Notes under the pieces: model-generated
What the model was told of the DNA's origin: nothing
What the model saw: only the letters and a program-made list of their open reading frames with translations
The model's database searches: none
Shown here: one piece after another, positions 22,796-42,482 of the stretch
How positions within the stretch are numbered: position 1 is the first letter of the stretch
Layout: the number at the start of each line of letters is the position of its first letter
Made by a program: the position numbers and the translations under genes
Assembly: GCA_002269645.1 (NCBI GenBank)
Contig: NIVC01000132.1
Location: 1-64,000 of the forward strand
DNA from: Macrostomum lignano
Lineage: Eukaryota
DNA length: 64,000 nucleotides
Reading direction: 5' to 3'

Positions 22796-25700
22796 ATGGA
22801 GACAATTCTAGAACTGCAACGCCGATTGCACGAGGAGCGGGAACGGCTATTGAATGAAATCTGCCGGGAGAAGAAGTTCCAACCGCGTACCCATCGGGAG
22901 CGGGTGAACAGCGACCACCGATTGAAGGCGATGCTGGACCGGCACAAGGAGGCCAGCCGGCAGCTCAAGGAGCTCTACGAGGACAAAGACGGATTGCGCA
23001 AGGCCGATATTCAAGCGCTGAGCGGGCCGAACGAGTTTGCCGAACTTAACGAACGGCTTCAGGTGATTCATTGTTTTTGTTTCGTGTCTGCATATTGCTG
23101 CACACAGACAGTTAGCAAGCGTCTGCAATAATGCGTGCTACTCATAAGTAGTCAGCAAGCGCCTGTATTAATATCCTATTAATGATAAAAGGTGGGGTTG
23201 TAGCTTAGTGGTTACTAGTTGCGTCCGACCTACGGCTGGAAGTTTGGGGGTTCGATTCCCGATCCTACTTCCAGACACAGAGCAAGACACTTCAACTCTG
23301 CATTGCTTCAGTTCACCCAGCTGTAGAATGGGTGCCAGCATTAGCTGGGGTAATTCAGGGTGAGTGTGGTGACCCCCCAGTCCTTGGACTGAACAGCCGT
23401 ACGCAGCCTTCAGATGCGCCGCGCGATAGCAGCGGCTGAGCTGTCGGTTGCACATCTTGCCATTAGATCAAGGTGTAATCAGTTATTATTATTATATTAT
23501 TAACAAGCTGTTGAAACCCGCGGCTTTTGAACCCGGGGAATTCAAATCCCCGGAACTATTTTTGCATGTATTCAAAATCTGAGGTCAAACTCAAACAAAA
23601 ACTTGTTATTCGTTAGGATAGAGTTAAATTAAACATAAAATAGAGTATATTCGTGTAAAATTAGGATTTGAGGCAAACATGGATATTGTTGGCTGGGGTG
23701 CTGCGCAGAATGTCAGGCAAACTCTGGCCTCTACCTCTGCCTCTCCCTATGTCCCTTGGATCCTTTGAAACTTCCATCTTCTTTCTGTTTCCTCTCCTCT
23801 CTCGTCTCGTCTCCTCTCTCTCCTCTCCTCTCTTCTCTCTCTCGTCTCTGCTCTCTCATCTCTCATCACTCCTTTCTCCTCTTTTATCTCTTCTCATTTC
23901 TCTCTGCTCTCTACTCTCTTCCCTCTCCTCCTTTCTCACTCCTTACTCTACCCTCTCTCAATACTTCCTTCATCTCTCCTCTCTCCTCTCTTCTGTCTTC
24001 TCTCAACTCTCTCCTCTCATCTCTCTGCTCTCTCCTGTCCCATCTCTCCTCTCTAATCTCTCTGTGTACTCTATCTCTCCCCTCTTTTCTCTCCTCTCTA
24101 GTCCTTTCCCCTCTTGCCCTTGTCCTCTCGATTCTCTCCCCTCCCCTTCTCTCTCCTCACTCACTTGTCTCTCCCTTTGTCTCATCTTTCATCTCTCATC
24201 TCTTATTTCTTATCTCCTTTTTTCTCTCTACTCTCCCATCTCTCGTCTGTTCACTCTCATTTCTGCTCTCTCATCTCCCCTCTCTCATCTGTCATCTTTA
24301 CTCTCATATGTTCTCTCACATCTCCCCTCTCTCATCTGTCATCTTTACTCTCATATGTTCTCTCACATCTCTCCTCTTGTACTCTTATCTTTCCCCTTTT
24401 TTGACTCAGGACTCTCTCTCTCCTTTCTTCTTTCTTCTTGTCTCTTCTCTTCTCTCTTCTATACTCTCTACCTCTCTTGTCTTCTCTCTTCTCTCTCTCC
24501 ACTCTCCTCTCTCCTCTCTTCTATCGTCTGTTCACTCTCATCTTTGCTCTCTCATTCCCCTCTTTCTTCTGTCATCTCTACTCTCCTCTCTACTGTGTAC
24601 TCTTCTCTTTCCCCTCTTCTATACTCTCTCCCCTCTATTCTCTTCTCTCGTCTCTCTGCACTCTGCTCTCTCTTCCTTCATCTCTCATCTCTACTCTCTA
24701 TCTTTCCTTTCACCTCTCTCATCTCTACAATCTCATCTCTTTCCTCTCTCCTCCTTTTCCCTTTACTCTATCATCTCTCCTTTCTCCTCTCTTCTTTCTC
24801 AACTCTCTCTCATCTCTTATCGCCTCTCTTCTCACTCCTCTCTCCCCTCTCTCCCCCTCTTATCTCCTCTCTCCTCTCGATCCTCTCTCATCTGCCTCTC
24901 TGTTCTCTCATCTCTCATCTCTTCTCACTCTTCTCTACTCTCCTCTCTCATCGATACTCTGTCTCATCTCTCCCCTCTTCTCCATCTTCTCACCTCTACT
25001 ATTTCCTCTCCCTTCTCTCTCCCCTCCTCTCGCTTCTTCGTCCCATATTCTCTGCTCTCTCCTCAACCCCCTCGTCTCTCCTGTTATCTATCTTTTCTCT
25101 TATCCCCCCTCTCGCCCCTCCTCCCCTTCTAATAGTCTTCCTTTTCCTTTTCACTCTCATCTGGCCCGCAGCCATGAGCTGGATTCTTTATCTGGCCTTT
25201 GAGATAAAAATCTGCCGATCCCTGCTTCGAAAGTACTATCATGGGACGTAGTAACTATCATGGTTGTTATCATTTCTTATGCTTTAATCACATCATATTT
25301 CTGGCCAATAAGCAGCCCTGAGGGGAATTTGTGTATCTCCATTCTCCAGCTCCACCACCACAGTCTGCAGCAGTCTAACAACCAAGGAAAAACGCATTTC
25401 TTAGGAGGCCATTTAAATTTTAAAATACCTTATGCGAATCTTAATGTTAAAATTTTCATGGTGTAACTAATTTAGTAGGATTGCATTGTAATCAGTTATT
25501 CATTAATTTTTCGCTATTTTTATAAACCATCCCACATCGCCTTGATTTGCCATCCTTGTTTAACTGCTGCAGTGTCTATACAGAGGACAGTGGTTTGAAT
25601 CTCTCGCTAAACTGTCTCCTCTCCACGCCTCTCCACTCTCAGGGTACAGAGAAGGCTATTAAAAAGTTATTCCAAAACACTGTACATTCGCTATGTACAT

Positions 25701-28429
25701 TGAGCCCTATCACCTGATCCTTCGTCTGGGGGAATGAGTTGGATGAGCGGCACAAACAGCAGAAAAAGCAGACAAACTTCACATGCTTACAGTTTCTGTT
25801 CTGATTGAGTTACAGAGTTGAAACTTTACATTTAGACAGAGAATGAGTCAAAGAAGTATTGTATCAAGTTTCAAGTCAATGGCTTCACGTGGAGCAAACT
25901 TATGGCAGCCGAAAGCTAGGCAATTTTAAAACCCCTTACACATCGGAAAGCTAGGCAGGCGGGCGGAGGTTGGGGTGGCTGTCTCGCTGACAAAAAACAG
26001 CCTAACTTTAAAAGTGCACAGCGCCGTTCGGGATTAACTTTGAGACTTGAAATTTCACACGATTGTGTCAAAATAGTTGAAAATTGATTGTGTCAAATTT
26101 GAAGGATTGGTAAAATTAGAGTGGCGCTATAGAGAATTTAGAGAAAAAATCGCGCATTTTGAGCAGTTTTTTGCACTTTTAGATAGGAAGACTCATTTTT
26201 AGGAAATTTAAAGGTAGCCTAAGACATTCTCCGTAGTGAGTTTAGGGTGGGTGCAAAATTTGGTGTAATTTGGTTGAGCAGTTTAGGAGTCCAAAGCGAA
26301 CGAAATTGTCCACAGACAGACAGACACACACACTCAGAGAGTTTTGATTTTTATAGGTATAGATAGCCATTTAATGTCTGTGTTGCTACTCGCAAGTAGT
26401 TACCAAGCATCTGCACTGATTCGGTTAAAATTTGCCATTTTTTACTCCTTACTGCTCCTCAGTAGCTAACTAAAAATTTAACTATTTTTTTCTACATAAA
26501 AAATGACCCACCTGATCTACAGACAATTCGCGAGCATCACCGCCGCCGGCCGGACGAGATCGCCGCGCCGCTGTCCGCCGAATTTGACAGATTCGTCAGC
26601 ATTCGCGACAATCCGGACGAGGCCGGCGCCCAGACTGTGGAATTCTCCGACGAGGAAGGCTACGGCCGCTACCTGGACTTGCACCTGTGCCACGATCGCT
26701 ACCTGAATCTGAAAGGGGTCGATCGTATCGACTATGCCACTTATCTGTCGATATTCGATCGGCTATTCGACGTGCCGCGTGAACGGAAGGCCACAGCCGC
26801 CTATAGGCAGTACGCCCAGCAGCTGTTGGCCTATCTGGCCGACTTCTGTGGCCGGGCTAGGCCGCTGATTGATCTGGACGCTGAGTTCTCCTCGGCCGAG
26901 GCCGCTCTGGAGCGTCAATGGCCAACTGGCGAGTTTCCCGGCTGGCCGAAGGAGGCGGCCTCGGCCATGGCCCACTCTGGCGCGCACCTGGATTTGGCGG
27001 CGTTCTCCCGCTGGGAGGAGCTGGCCTCCCTAGGCTTGGACCGGCTGAAGTCGGCCCTCACAGCGCTGGGATTGAAGTGCGGTGGCACCCTAGAGGAGCG
27101 GGCCAGGCGGCTGTGGTCTACAAAGGGCCGTCGGCTGGCCGACCTGGAGCCCGGCCTGTTTGCTAAGCGGCCAACCGGGGCGCCGGCCGGAGCACCCGGG
27201 CATCAGCAGCAGCGAACTGAGGCTCAGCGCGAGGTGGCCGCAATTGAGGCGCGAATCTATCGACTATGCGAGCTGCTTAGCGAGGAGCGGGCCGCGTCTA
27301 GGGAGAAGGCTGTGCGAAAGCAGGCCCAAGCCGATTATAAGGTGATTTGTTTGAGGACTTTCATCTTGGAGATTCTTTATACACGCTCACACAGGGTGCT
27401 CAGGGTGGTAGCTCAGGATGGTAGCTCAGGATGGTAGCTCAGGGTGGTAGCTCAGGGTGGTAGCTCAGGATGGTAGCTCAGAATGGTAGCTCAGAATGGT
27501 AGCTCAGGATGGTAGCTCAGGAAGGTAGCTTAGGGTGGTAGCTTAGTGGTAGCTCAGGGTGGTAGCTAAGGGTGGTAGCTCAGGGTGGTAGCTCGGGTGG
27601 TAGCTCAGGGTGGTAGCTCAGGGTGGTAGCTCAGGGTGGTAGCTCAGAATGGTAGCTCAGGATGGTAGCTCAGAATGGTAGCTCAGAATGGTAGCTCAGG
27701 GTGGTAGCTAAGGGTTGTACTCGTAGCTCAGGGTGGTAGCTAAGGGTGGTAGCTCAGGGTGGTAGCAGGGTGTTTATCGCTGAGCTGCTCTGCCGCACAC
27801 CTCTGAGATATGTCTCCACGACATTTGACCTGTCCCAATTTCCTATGCGCGCAATTGCTCAGTGGCGGACTCCATTTTTTGCACCTAAAAATCTGTACTC
27901 CATTATTCAGTATCCTGTGCACCTCGTTACACCTTCGCAACACCCATAGGCCGAAGACTCAGACGAGGAAGACATCGAGATGATGACGCCCGGCGGCCGG
28001 GGCGCCGATATGCGAGACGACGATGACGACGATCAAGACGAGGACGACGTGCCGTACAACCCGAAGAACCTGCCGCTCGGCTGGGACGGCAAGCCCATCC
28101 CCTACTGGCTGTACAAGCTGCACGGCCTGAACCTGTACTACACTTGCGAGATCTGCGGCAATCACACGTATCGCGGGCCCAAAGCGTTTCAACGCCATTT
28201 TGCCGAATGGCGTCACGCGCACGGCATGCGCTGCTTGGGCATCCCCAACACGGCCCACTTCGCCAATGTAACCAGCATTGAGGACGCCATCGCGCTGTGG
28301 CAGCGGCTGCGCACCCAGAAGGAGCAGGAGCGCTGGCGGCCCGACGCGGAGGAAGAGTTCGAAGACTCGATGGGCAATGTGGTCACGAAGAAGGTGTACG
28401 AAGATCTCAAACGTCAGGGCCTGCTGTGA
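22796..28429 (+). CDS. SF3A3: Splicing factor 3A subunit 3 (SF3a60/Prp9), 521 aa, 3 exons
   Basis: Exons 22796-23062, 26523-27341 and 27950-28429, all phase 0, GT/AG. Motifs [92 protein letters not shown]-terminus DLKRQGLL. Confidence 0.97.
23191..23500 (+). mobile_element. tRNA-derived CORE-type SINE, copy 1 (SF3A3 intron 1)
   Basis: A box TAGCTTAGTGG, B box GGTTCGATTCC (23249-23259), CORE-like GAGCAAGACACTT..TCAGTTCACCCAGCTGTAGAATGGG, (TTA)n tail; homologous to 37505-37820. Confidence 0.8.
23780..25160 (+). repeat. ~1.4-kb degenerate (CT)-rich polypyrimidine tract
   Basis: Direct reading; source of the spurious L/S-rich ORFs. Confidence 0.92.
25960..26364 (+). mobile_element. Possible 3' end of a Helitron/Helentron-derived non-autonomous element
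   Basis: Ends ACAGACAGACAGACAC..TTTATAGGTATAGAT. A matching-style 5' end ACAAGCTG..CCCGCGGCTTTTGAACCCGGGG lies at ~23503-23540. Recognised by general style only. Confidence 0.3.
27398..27770 (+). repeat. 13-bp minisatellite in SF3A3 intron 2
   Basis: Unit GGTAGCTCAGGGT; reverse complement of the 32830-33157 array. Confidence 0.93.
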
Positions 28430-29367
28430 TTGGCTAAGGAGATGTGCGCGAAATCTCGGATGGGAAGTTCCTTGGGCAGCTCTGCGTAGTAACTATCTGA
28501 CTAGCGAGTTTTAACAGCAAACTGCATTCGTTAGCAACTTAGCGTGCTAATTCAATTTCTCTGTCTACTTCTAGTAGCCTAGCGCAAATATTGTGTACAG
28601 ATAATTAGTCGTGTTTATTTACATCGTTTCTCAAAATAAAATCTAATAATAACAATGCCGAATTGACACCAGAAAACATCTGTTTAGTCAGCAGCTCTTG
28701 TTGCCTTTTTGTCACTTGTAGCCGCACCTAAAGTCAGGTCTAATTCTTAAAGAGTTTTTACTCTACACTGCAGCTGCTGGCAGTCAGCTGTTGTTGAAGC
28801 GAAATGCCACGCTGAAATGTCAGATAGGGAGGTATGCAAAACAGTGTGCTTTTATCTGTTTTGATACGTAAAACGGCTGGATGGATGGACCGGTTTCGAT
28901 AAGCCCAAAGCGCTGGGGACTGAAAAACTAATTGGATTTTTTTTACAAAAAAACTTTCACAGCTACGATTCCCAAACGTTTGGCATAGATGCGTGTGTAC
29001 TTTTATATCCCCAGTGTCCAGGGATGTAGGACCCTTGCTGTGCGCCTGGCCAGTTGTCTCGCGTGACATTTCAAACAAAATTGAATGATCAAATTTCAAC
29101 TACGAGTATATAGAAAAAGCAGCGGCAGAGGCATTCCATTTGGCAAATTGCTGCTTTGCAATAGCAGACAATAGCGTAGAGATGCGCTTGTGGATTCTTT
29201 GCCACCCGCGACCGTCCTTGTGCCACAGTGTGCAATGAATTTAATGCGTCATAAATTGAAGCTGCACTGGTCAATAAAATGATTTTAATACTTGTACAGA
29301 ATACTTGGGCTGCGACCCTTGCGCCATCCAATGGGTAAAATTTGCGGGACCGCTTTTATTCTACCGC

Positions 29368-31798
29368 AGCACTTGCCCCTCCGTTATTGTGGCACCTACA
29401 TTGTGGTAGCTAGCACTTGCCCCTCCGTTATTGTGGCACCTACATTGTGGTAGCTAGCACTTGCCCCTCCGTTATTGTGGCACCTACATTGTGGTAGCTA
29501 GCACTTGCCCCTCCGTTATTGTGGCACCTACATTGTGGTAGCTAGCACTTGCCCCTCCGTTATTGTGGCACCTACATTGTGGTAGCTAGCACTTGCCCCT
29601 CCGTTATTGTGGCACCTACATTGTGGTAGCTAGCACTTGCCCCTCCGTTATTGTGGCACCTACATTGTGGTAGCTAGCACTTGCCCCTCCGTTATTGTGG
29701 CACCTACATTGTGGTAGCTAGCACTTGCCCCTCCGTTATTGTGGCACCTACATTGTGGTAGCTAGCACTTGCCCCTCCGTTATTGTGACATCATTGTGGT
29801 AGCTAGCACTTGCCCCTCCGTTATTGTGGCACCATTGTGGTAGCTAGCACTTGCCCCTCCGTTATTGTGACATCATTGTGGTAGCTAGCACTTGCCCCTC
29901 CGTTATTGTGACATCATTGTGGTAGCTAGCACTTGCCCCTCCGTTATTGTGACATCATTGTGGTAGCTAGCACTTGCCCCTCCGTTATTGTGACACCATT
30001 GTGGTAGCCAGCACTTGCACCTCCGTTATTGTGACACCATTGTGGTAGCTAGCACTTGCCCCTCCGTTATTGTGACATCATTGTGGTAGCTAGCACTTGC
30101 ACCTCCGTTATTGTGACACCACCATTGTGGTAGCCAGCACTTGCACCTCCGTTATTGTGACATCATTGTGGTAGCTAGCACTTGCACCTCCGTTATTGTG
30201 GCACCATTGTGGTAGCTAGCACTTGCACCTCCGTTATTGTGACACCATTGTGGTAGCTAGCACTTGCCCCTCCGTTATTGTGACACCATTGTGGTAGCCA
30301 GCACTTGTACCTCCGTTATTGTGACATCATTGTGGTAGCTAGCACTTGCCCCTCCGTTATTGTGACACCATTGTGGTAGCTAGCACTTGCACCTCCGTTA
30401 TTGTGACACCACCATTGTGGTAGCCAGCACTTGCACCTCCGTTATTGTGACATCATTGTGGTAGCTAGCACTTGCACCTCCGTTATTGTGACACCATTGT
30501 GGTAGCCAGCACTTGCACCTCCGTTATTGTGACACCATTGTGGTAGCCAGCACTTGCACCTCCGTTATTGTGACATCATTGTGGTAGCTAGCACTTGCAC
30601 CTCCGTTATTGTGGCACCATTGTGGTAGCTAGCACTTGCACCTCCGTTATTGTGACACCATTGTGGTAGCTAGCACTTGCCCCTCCGTTATTGTGACACC
30701 ATTGTGGTAGCCAGCACTTGTACCTCCGTTATTGTGACATCATTGTGGTAGCTAGCACTTGCCCCTCCGTTATTGTGACACCATTGTGGTAGCTAGCACT
30801 TGCACCTCCGTTATTGTGACACCACCATTGTGGTAGCCAGCACTTGCACCTCCGTTATTGTGACATCATTGTGGTAGCTAGCACTTGCACCTCCGTTATT
30901 GTGACACCATTGTGGTAGCCAGCACTTGCACCTCCGTTATTGTGACACCATTGTGGTAGCTAGCACTTGCACCTCCGTTATTGTGACACCACCATTGTGG
31001 TAGCCAGCACTTGCACCTCCGTTATTGTGACATCATTGTGGTAGCCAGCACTTGCACCTCCGTTATTGTGACACCATTGTGGTAGCTAGCACTTGCACCT
31101 CCGTTATTGTGACACCATTGTGGTAGCCAGCACTTGCACCTCCGTTATTGTGACACCATTGTGGTAGCCAGCACTTGCACCTCCGTTATTGTGACACCAT
31201 TGTGGTAGCCAGCACTTGCCCCTCCGTTATTGTGACACCATTGTGGTAGCCAGCACTTGCACCTCCGTTATTGTGACACCACCATTGTGGTAGCCAGCAC
31301 TTGCCCCTCCGTTATTGTGACACCATTGTGGTAGCCAGCACTTGCACCTCCGTTATTGTGACACCACCATTGTGGTAGCCAGCACTTGCCCCTCCGTTAT
31401 TGTGACATCATTGTGGTAGCCAGCACTTGCACCTCCGTTATTGTGACATCATTGTGGTAGCTAGCACTTGCACCTCCGTTATTGTGACATCTTTGTGGTA
31501 GCCAGCACTTGCACCTCCGTTATTGTGACATCATTGTGGTAGCTAGCACTTGCACCTCCGTTATTGTGACATCATTGTGGTAGCTAGCACTTGCACCTCC
31601 GTTATTGTGACATCTTTGTGGTAGCTAGCACTTGCCCCTCCGTTATTGTGACATCATTGTGGTAGCTAGCACTTGCACCTCCGTTATTGTGACATCATTG
31701 TGGTAGCTAGCACTTGCCCCTCCGTTATTGTGACATCATTGTGGTAGCCAGCACTTGCCCCTCCGTTATTGTGACATCATTGTGGTAGCCAGCACTTG
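29368..31798 (+). repeat. 41/44-bp minisatellite (~58 copies) with higher-order structure
   Basis: Unit AGCACTTGCCCCTCCGTTATTGTG(G/A)CA(CCTA/T)CATTGTGGTAGCT; the first ~9 copies are identical 44-mers. Confidence 0.95.
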
Positions 31799-32829
31799 TT
31801 CCCATCTTGTCAGCAGGATGAAGCATTTGTGGGATTTATTTTTGCATAAAAATCCCCCCAATCCCCCCTCTACCGAGGACTGCTGGCCCCGTTGTTGATT
31901 ACCGGATGTAGTGCAGCCAGTTAGAACAAATATGATGGATGTATCGCTTCAGATCATGGGGGTACTCACAACACAAGTACAGTATATAATCGCCATTCTC
32001 AATGTATGTGATAAGCAGGGATGTATTGTAGAAGGAGTGGGGCCTGCTCAATAAAATAACATGCACCGTTCTCTGTAGTATATTTATTCTAGCACAGGAA
32101 TGAATTCACTGGAAGTGATATAAAATTTCGATTTGGCTTGGAAAAAATAGCTCGTACAAGCGTTAACCGCTCAAGCCTTCATAGAATCGTGTGGATGAAT
32201 TTCTTACTCTTACTAGAAATGGCATTTTAGCTGTTTTGCATTTATTTTTATTGTTAAATTGTAATTTGGTACTTCCTTCCTCACGCCAGCTTGTATCCAA
32301 GCTGTCTGGGAGAGCTCGGGTGCCATTGACAGCGCTGGTCTGGCTATACGCGACATGGGGGGGGGGCTGTCAGCTGGTCCTCCGTGCAACTGGAGAAGCG
32401 CATGCAGTTCTGGATATCCCTATAGCGATCCCTCTGGGCCGGAATGGGTATGGGATATTTACGACTGTATGTTAGCTATAGCATATTATCTGCATGCATT
32501 TATGTTGGTTTAGCCGCAGCGACAGTGACAGCAACACCCGCTACCCCCGCTGCTGTAAACCCGTAACGCTCCATGCTTGAATGGTGCCTCTTTTCCGTCT
32601 CTATCGCAGCCAGAGGCAGCTGTCTGCGCCTTGCTCAGCTCAGTTGAATAAAATCCTTCGACCAGGACTGCGCTGGTTAAACTTGCAAATTCAAAGTCCC
32701 GATTCTTCTCCCTGACTAACGCTGAAGCGATAGTTGATTGGGTTCTGTTTAAGAAATATTAACAATTTCAACTCTGAATCCTCAATGGTGAGTACGTTAA
32801 TGCGCATATTTTTATGTTCTTCATTTATA

Positions 32830-33157
32830 GAGCTATCCCTGAGCTACCACCCTGAGCTACCACCCTGAGCTACCATCCTGAGCTACCCTGAGCTACCACC
32901 CTGAGCTACCACCCTGAGCTACCACCCTGAGCTACCACCCTGAGCTACCACCCTGAGCTACCACCCTGAGCTACCACCCTGAGCTACCACCCTGAGCTAC
33001 CACCCTGAGCTACCACTCTTAGCTACCACCCTTAGCTACCACCCTTAGCTACCACCCTTAGCTACCACCCTTAGCTACCACCCTGAGCTACCACCCTGAG
33101 CTACCATCCTGAGCTACCACCCTGAGCTATCACCCTTAGCTACCATCCTGAGCTACC
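32830..33157 (-). repeat. 13-bp minisatellite, inverted copy of the 27398-27770 array
   Basis: Plus-strand unit ACCCTGAGCTACC. Confidence 0.93.
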
Positions 33158-33266
33158 TATCCTATGAATAGTCCTTGATTTGCTCCCTCTACTCAGTTCA
33201 TATCTAAGCAGCTCATATCTAAACAAAAGAAGCCTCTGTACTTATAACGATTTCAAGGAGCGGCTA

Positions 33267-40303
<7,037 letters not shown>

Positions 40304-41375
40304 CTGTTTGGTATCAAAGTAAAAAAGCCCTACAGCCAGCGTGTTTCTGTGTGGGGCCAATTTGTCCTGCAAGCAGATTTCGGCTGTTGGCATCCGTGTT
40401 CTCACGCCTGTATTTAAATACAACTGCGCTCCGCCTCTGTGTTGTTCTATTCAAAATATGCATCCTCTTATCCTATCCTATGCAATCCGATTAGACTGAG
40501 TATTTATCCCATTCTACTGATACTGTCAACTGGGTATGGTTTAAATTTTGCCACTTTAATTAAAACAACAGTCAATCTTGAATTCAGTAGTATTTCATGC
40601 TTTTTAAACCTGAGAAAAATTCGATCTGGCACGTGCATTGAACTAAAAAACAAAGCTTTTCAAAGCTGCTTTCTGTGAAGCGTGCCAAGCTGAATGCGAA
40701 TTGGCACAGGGACTCTAAAAACAGCTGTTGTGCTGTTATAATAAATACTCGTAATTGTTTATGCACCAGTTATGATTAAAGAGAAAATAATATTTACTGA
40801 GAGGCTCTCAAACATCCATCAAGGACGTCAGCCAAAGCAGAATTCGCTGCGCTGTGCATGTCTGCGCTGCAGAAGGCTTGCAGAAATTCAATTAAGACAA
40901 ACTCAGTTTCATATTAAACAGAATCTTTCCATTTCAGTCAGAATCCTCCGTGTCTTCGCTCTCCCAGCTTCAGCCATCATGTTTGATTTGATTTGTCTGT
41001 CTCTTTCGATCTTCTTCATCTTCTGTGTATGAAAGGTCTCGCACAGGTTCTCTTATTCCCCACTTATAGAGGCTCCAAGTAAGTGTATGGAAAGTTCATA
41101 TGGAAATTTCATAAAGAGTAAAACAATATTTTTTTACCAACTGATGTTGGCAGACAGAAAAGTAATAAAGTTCTCAAAGCGTATTAGTTAACCCTATTAC
41201 TTAACTTTCCCTATTAATGACCCTATTAGTTAACTGAACTTTCAGTTCAGTAGCAAGTTAAATTGAAGCATTTTTTATGTATTTTTTAAAGACAAGACTG
41301 ATCTATTGGCTCTTACCCCCCCCCCCAGCCAAGCTTAAACCCTCAGACTCCACACGAAACCTCTACCCCCATTTC

Positions 41376-42116
41376 GATGACTCATTCTTAATCCAAGATC
41401 CTGAATGACTCATTCTTAAATCCCAGATCCCGAATGACTCATTCTTAAATCCCAGATCCCGAATGACTCATTCTTAATCCAAGATCCTGAATGACTCATT
41501 CTTAAATCCCAGATCCTGAATGACTCATTCTTAAATCCCAGATCCTGAATGACTCATTCTTAAATCAAGATCCTGAATGACTCATTCTTAAATCCCAGAT
41601 CCTGAATGACTCATTCTTAAATCCCAGATCCTGAATGACTCATTCTTAAATCCCAGATCCTGAATGACTCATTCTTAAATCCCAGATCCTGAATGACTCA
41701 TTCTTAAATCCCAGATCCTGAATGACTCATTCTTAAATCCCAGATCCTGAATGACTCATTCTTAAATCCAAGATCCTGAATGACTCATTCTTAAATCCCA
41801 GATCCTGAATGACTCATTCTTAAATCCCAGATCCTGAATGACTCATTCTTAAATCCCAGATCCTGAATGACTCATTCTTAAATCCCAGATCCTGAATGAT
41901 TCATTCTTAAATCCAAGATCCTGAATGACTCATTCTTAAATCCCAGATCCTGAATGACTCATTCTAAATCCCAGATCCTGAATGACTCATTCTTAAATCC
42001 CAGATCCTGAATGACTCATTCTTAAATCCCTGATCCTGAATGACTCATTCCTAAATCCAAGATCCTGAATGACTCATTCTTAAATCCCTGATCCCGAATG
42101 ACTCATTCTAAATCCC
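41376..42116 (+). repeat. 29-bp minisatellite (~25 copies), each with palindromic GAATGACTCATTC (AP-1 site)
   Basis: Unit GAATGACTCATTCTTAAATCCCAGATCCT; ends ~370 bp upstream of the GPCR2 ATG. Confidence 0.93.
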
Positions 42117-42482
42117 ATGCTTCAGAGGGCTTGCAGAAATTCAAACAAGCAAACTTAAGGGCGCACCTCGGATGGAACAAATGCTCGCTATATTTGGAAT
42201 TTCGAAGTCCAGAAGATGAGGCAATGGGGAATTTAATAATCAAAAACTGAAAACTTCCTGCCTCGCCGATGCAGCGAAATCCGGCCAAGTTGCAGCATCC
42301 TGCTTTGGCTGACCATGGCGGGGAGATTATAAAAAGTGAATTAAAAAAGCGACAGCCAATCCCGAGTCGGTTGGTTCAGCCTCTATTCATCATCAAAAAC
42401 TCAATTTATCCATAAATTCAGTCTTAGTTGTCTCTGCAAGATCGGCCGACCCACTTGGGCTACCCAGCCGGATAGGGAAGAA

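Noticed and set aside
23371-23455. HDV-like, hammerhead or twister ribozyme in the SINE tail
   Set aside because: I could not place the nested double pseudoknot, the CUGAUGA/GAAA core or twister consensus by hand; kept only as an unspecified structured domain.
29368-31798. CRISPR-like periodicity
   Set aside because: There are no unique spacers (the whole unit repeats), no cas genes, and the context is eukaryotic.
40825-42315. Short shared motifs flanking the AP-1 array (GGCTTGCAGAAATTCA direct; CTGCTTTGGCTGAC inverted)
   Set aside because: Too short and inconsistent in orientation to define an element.
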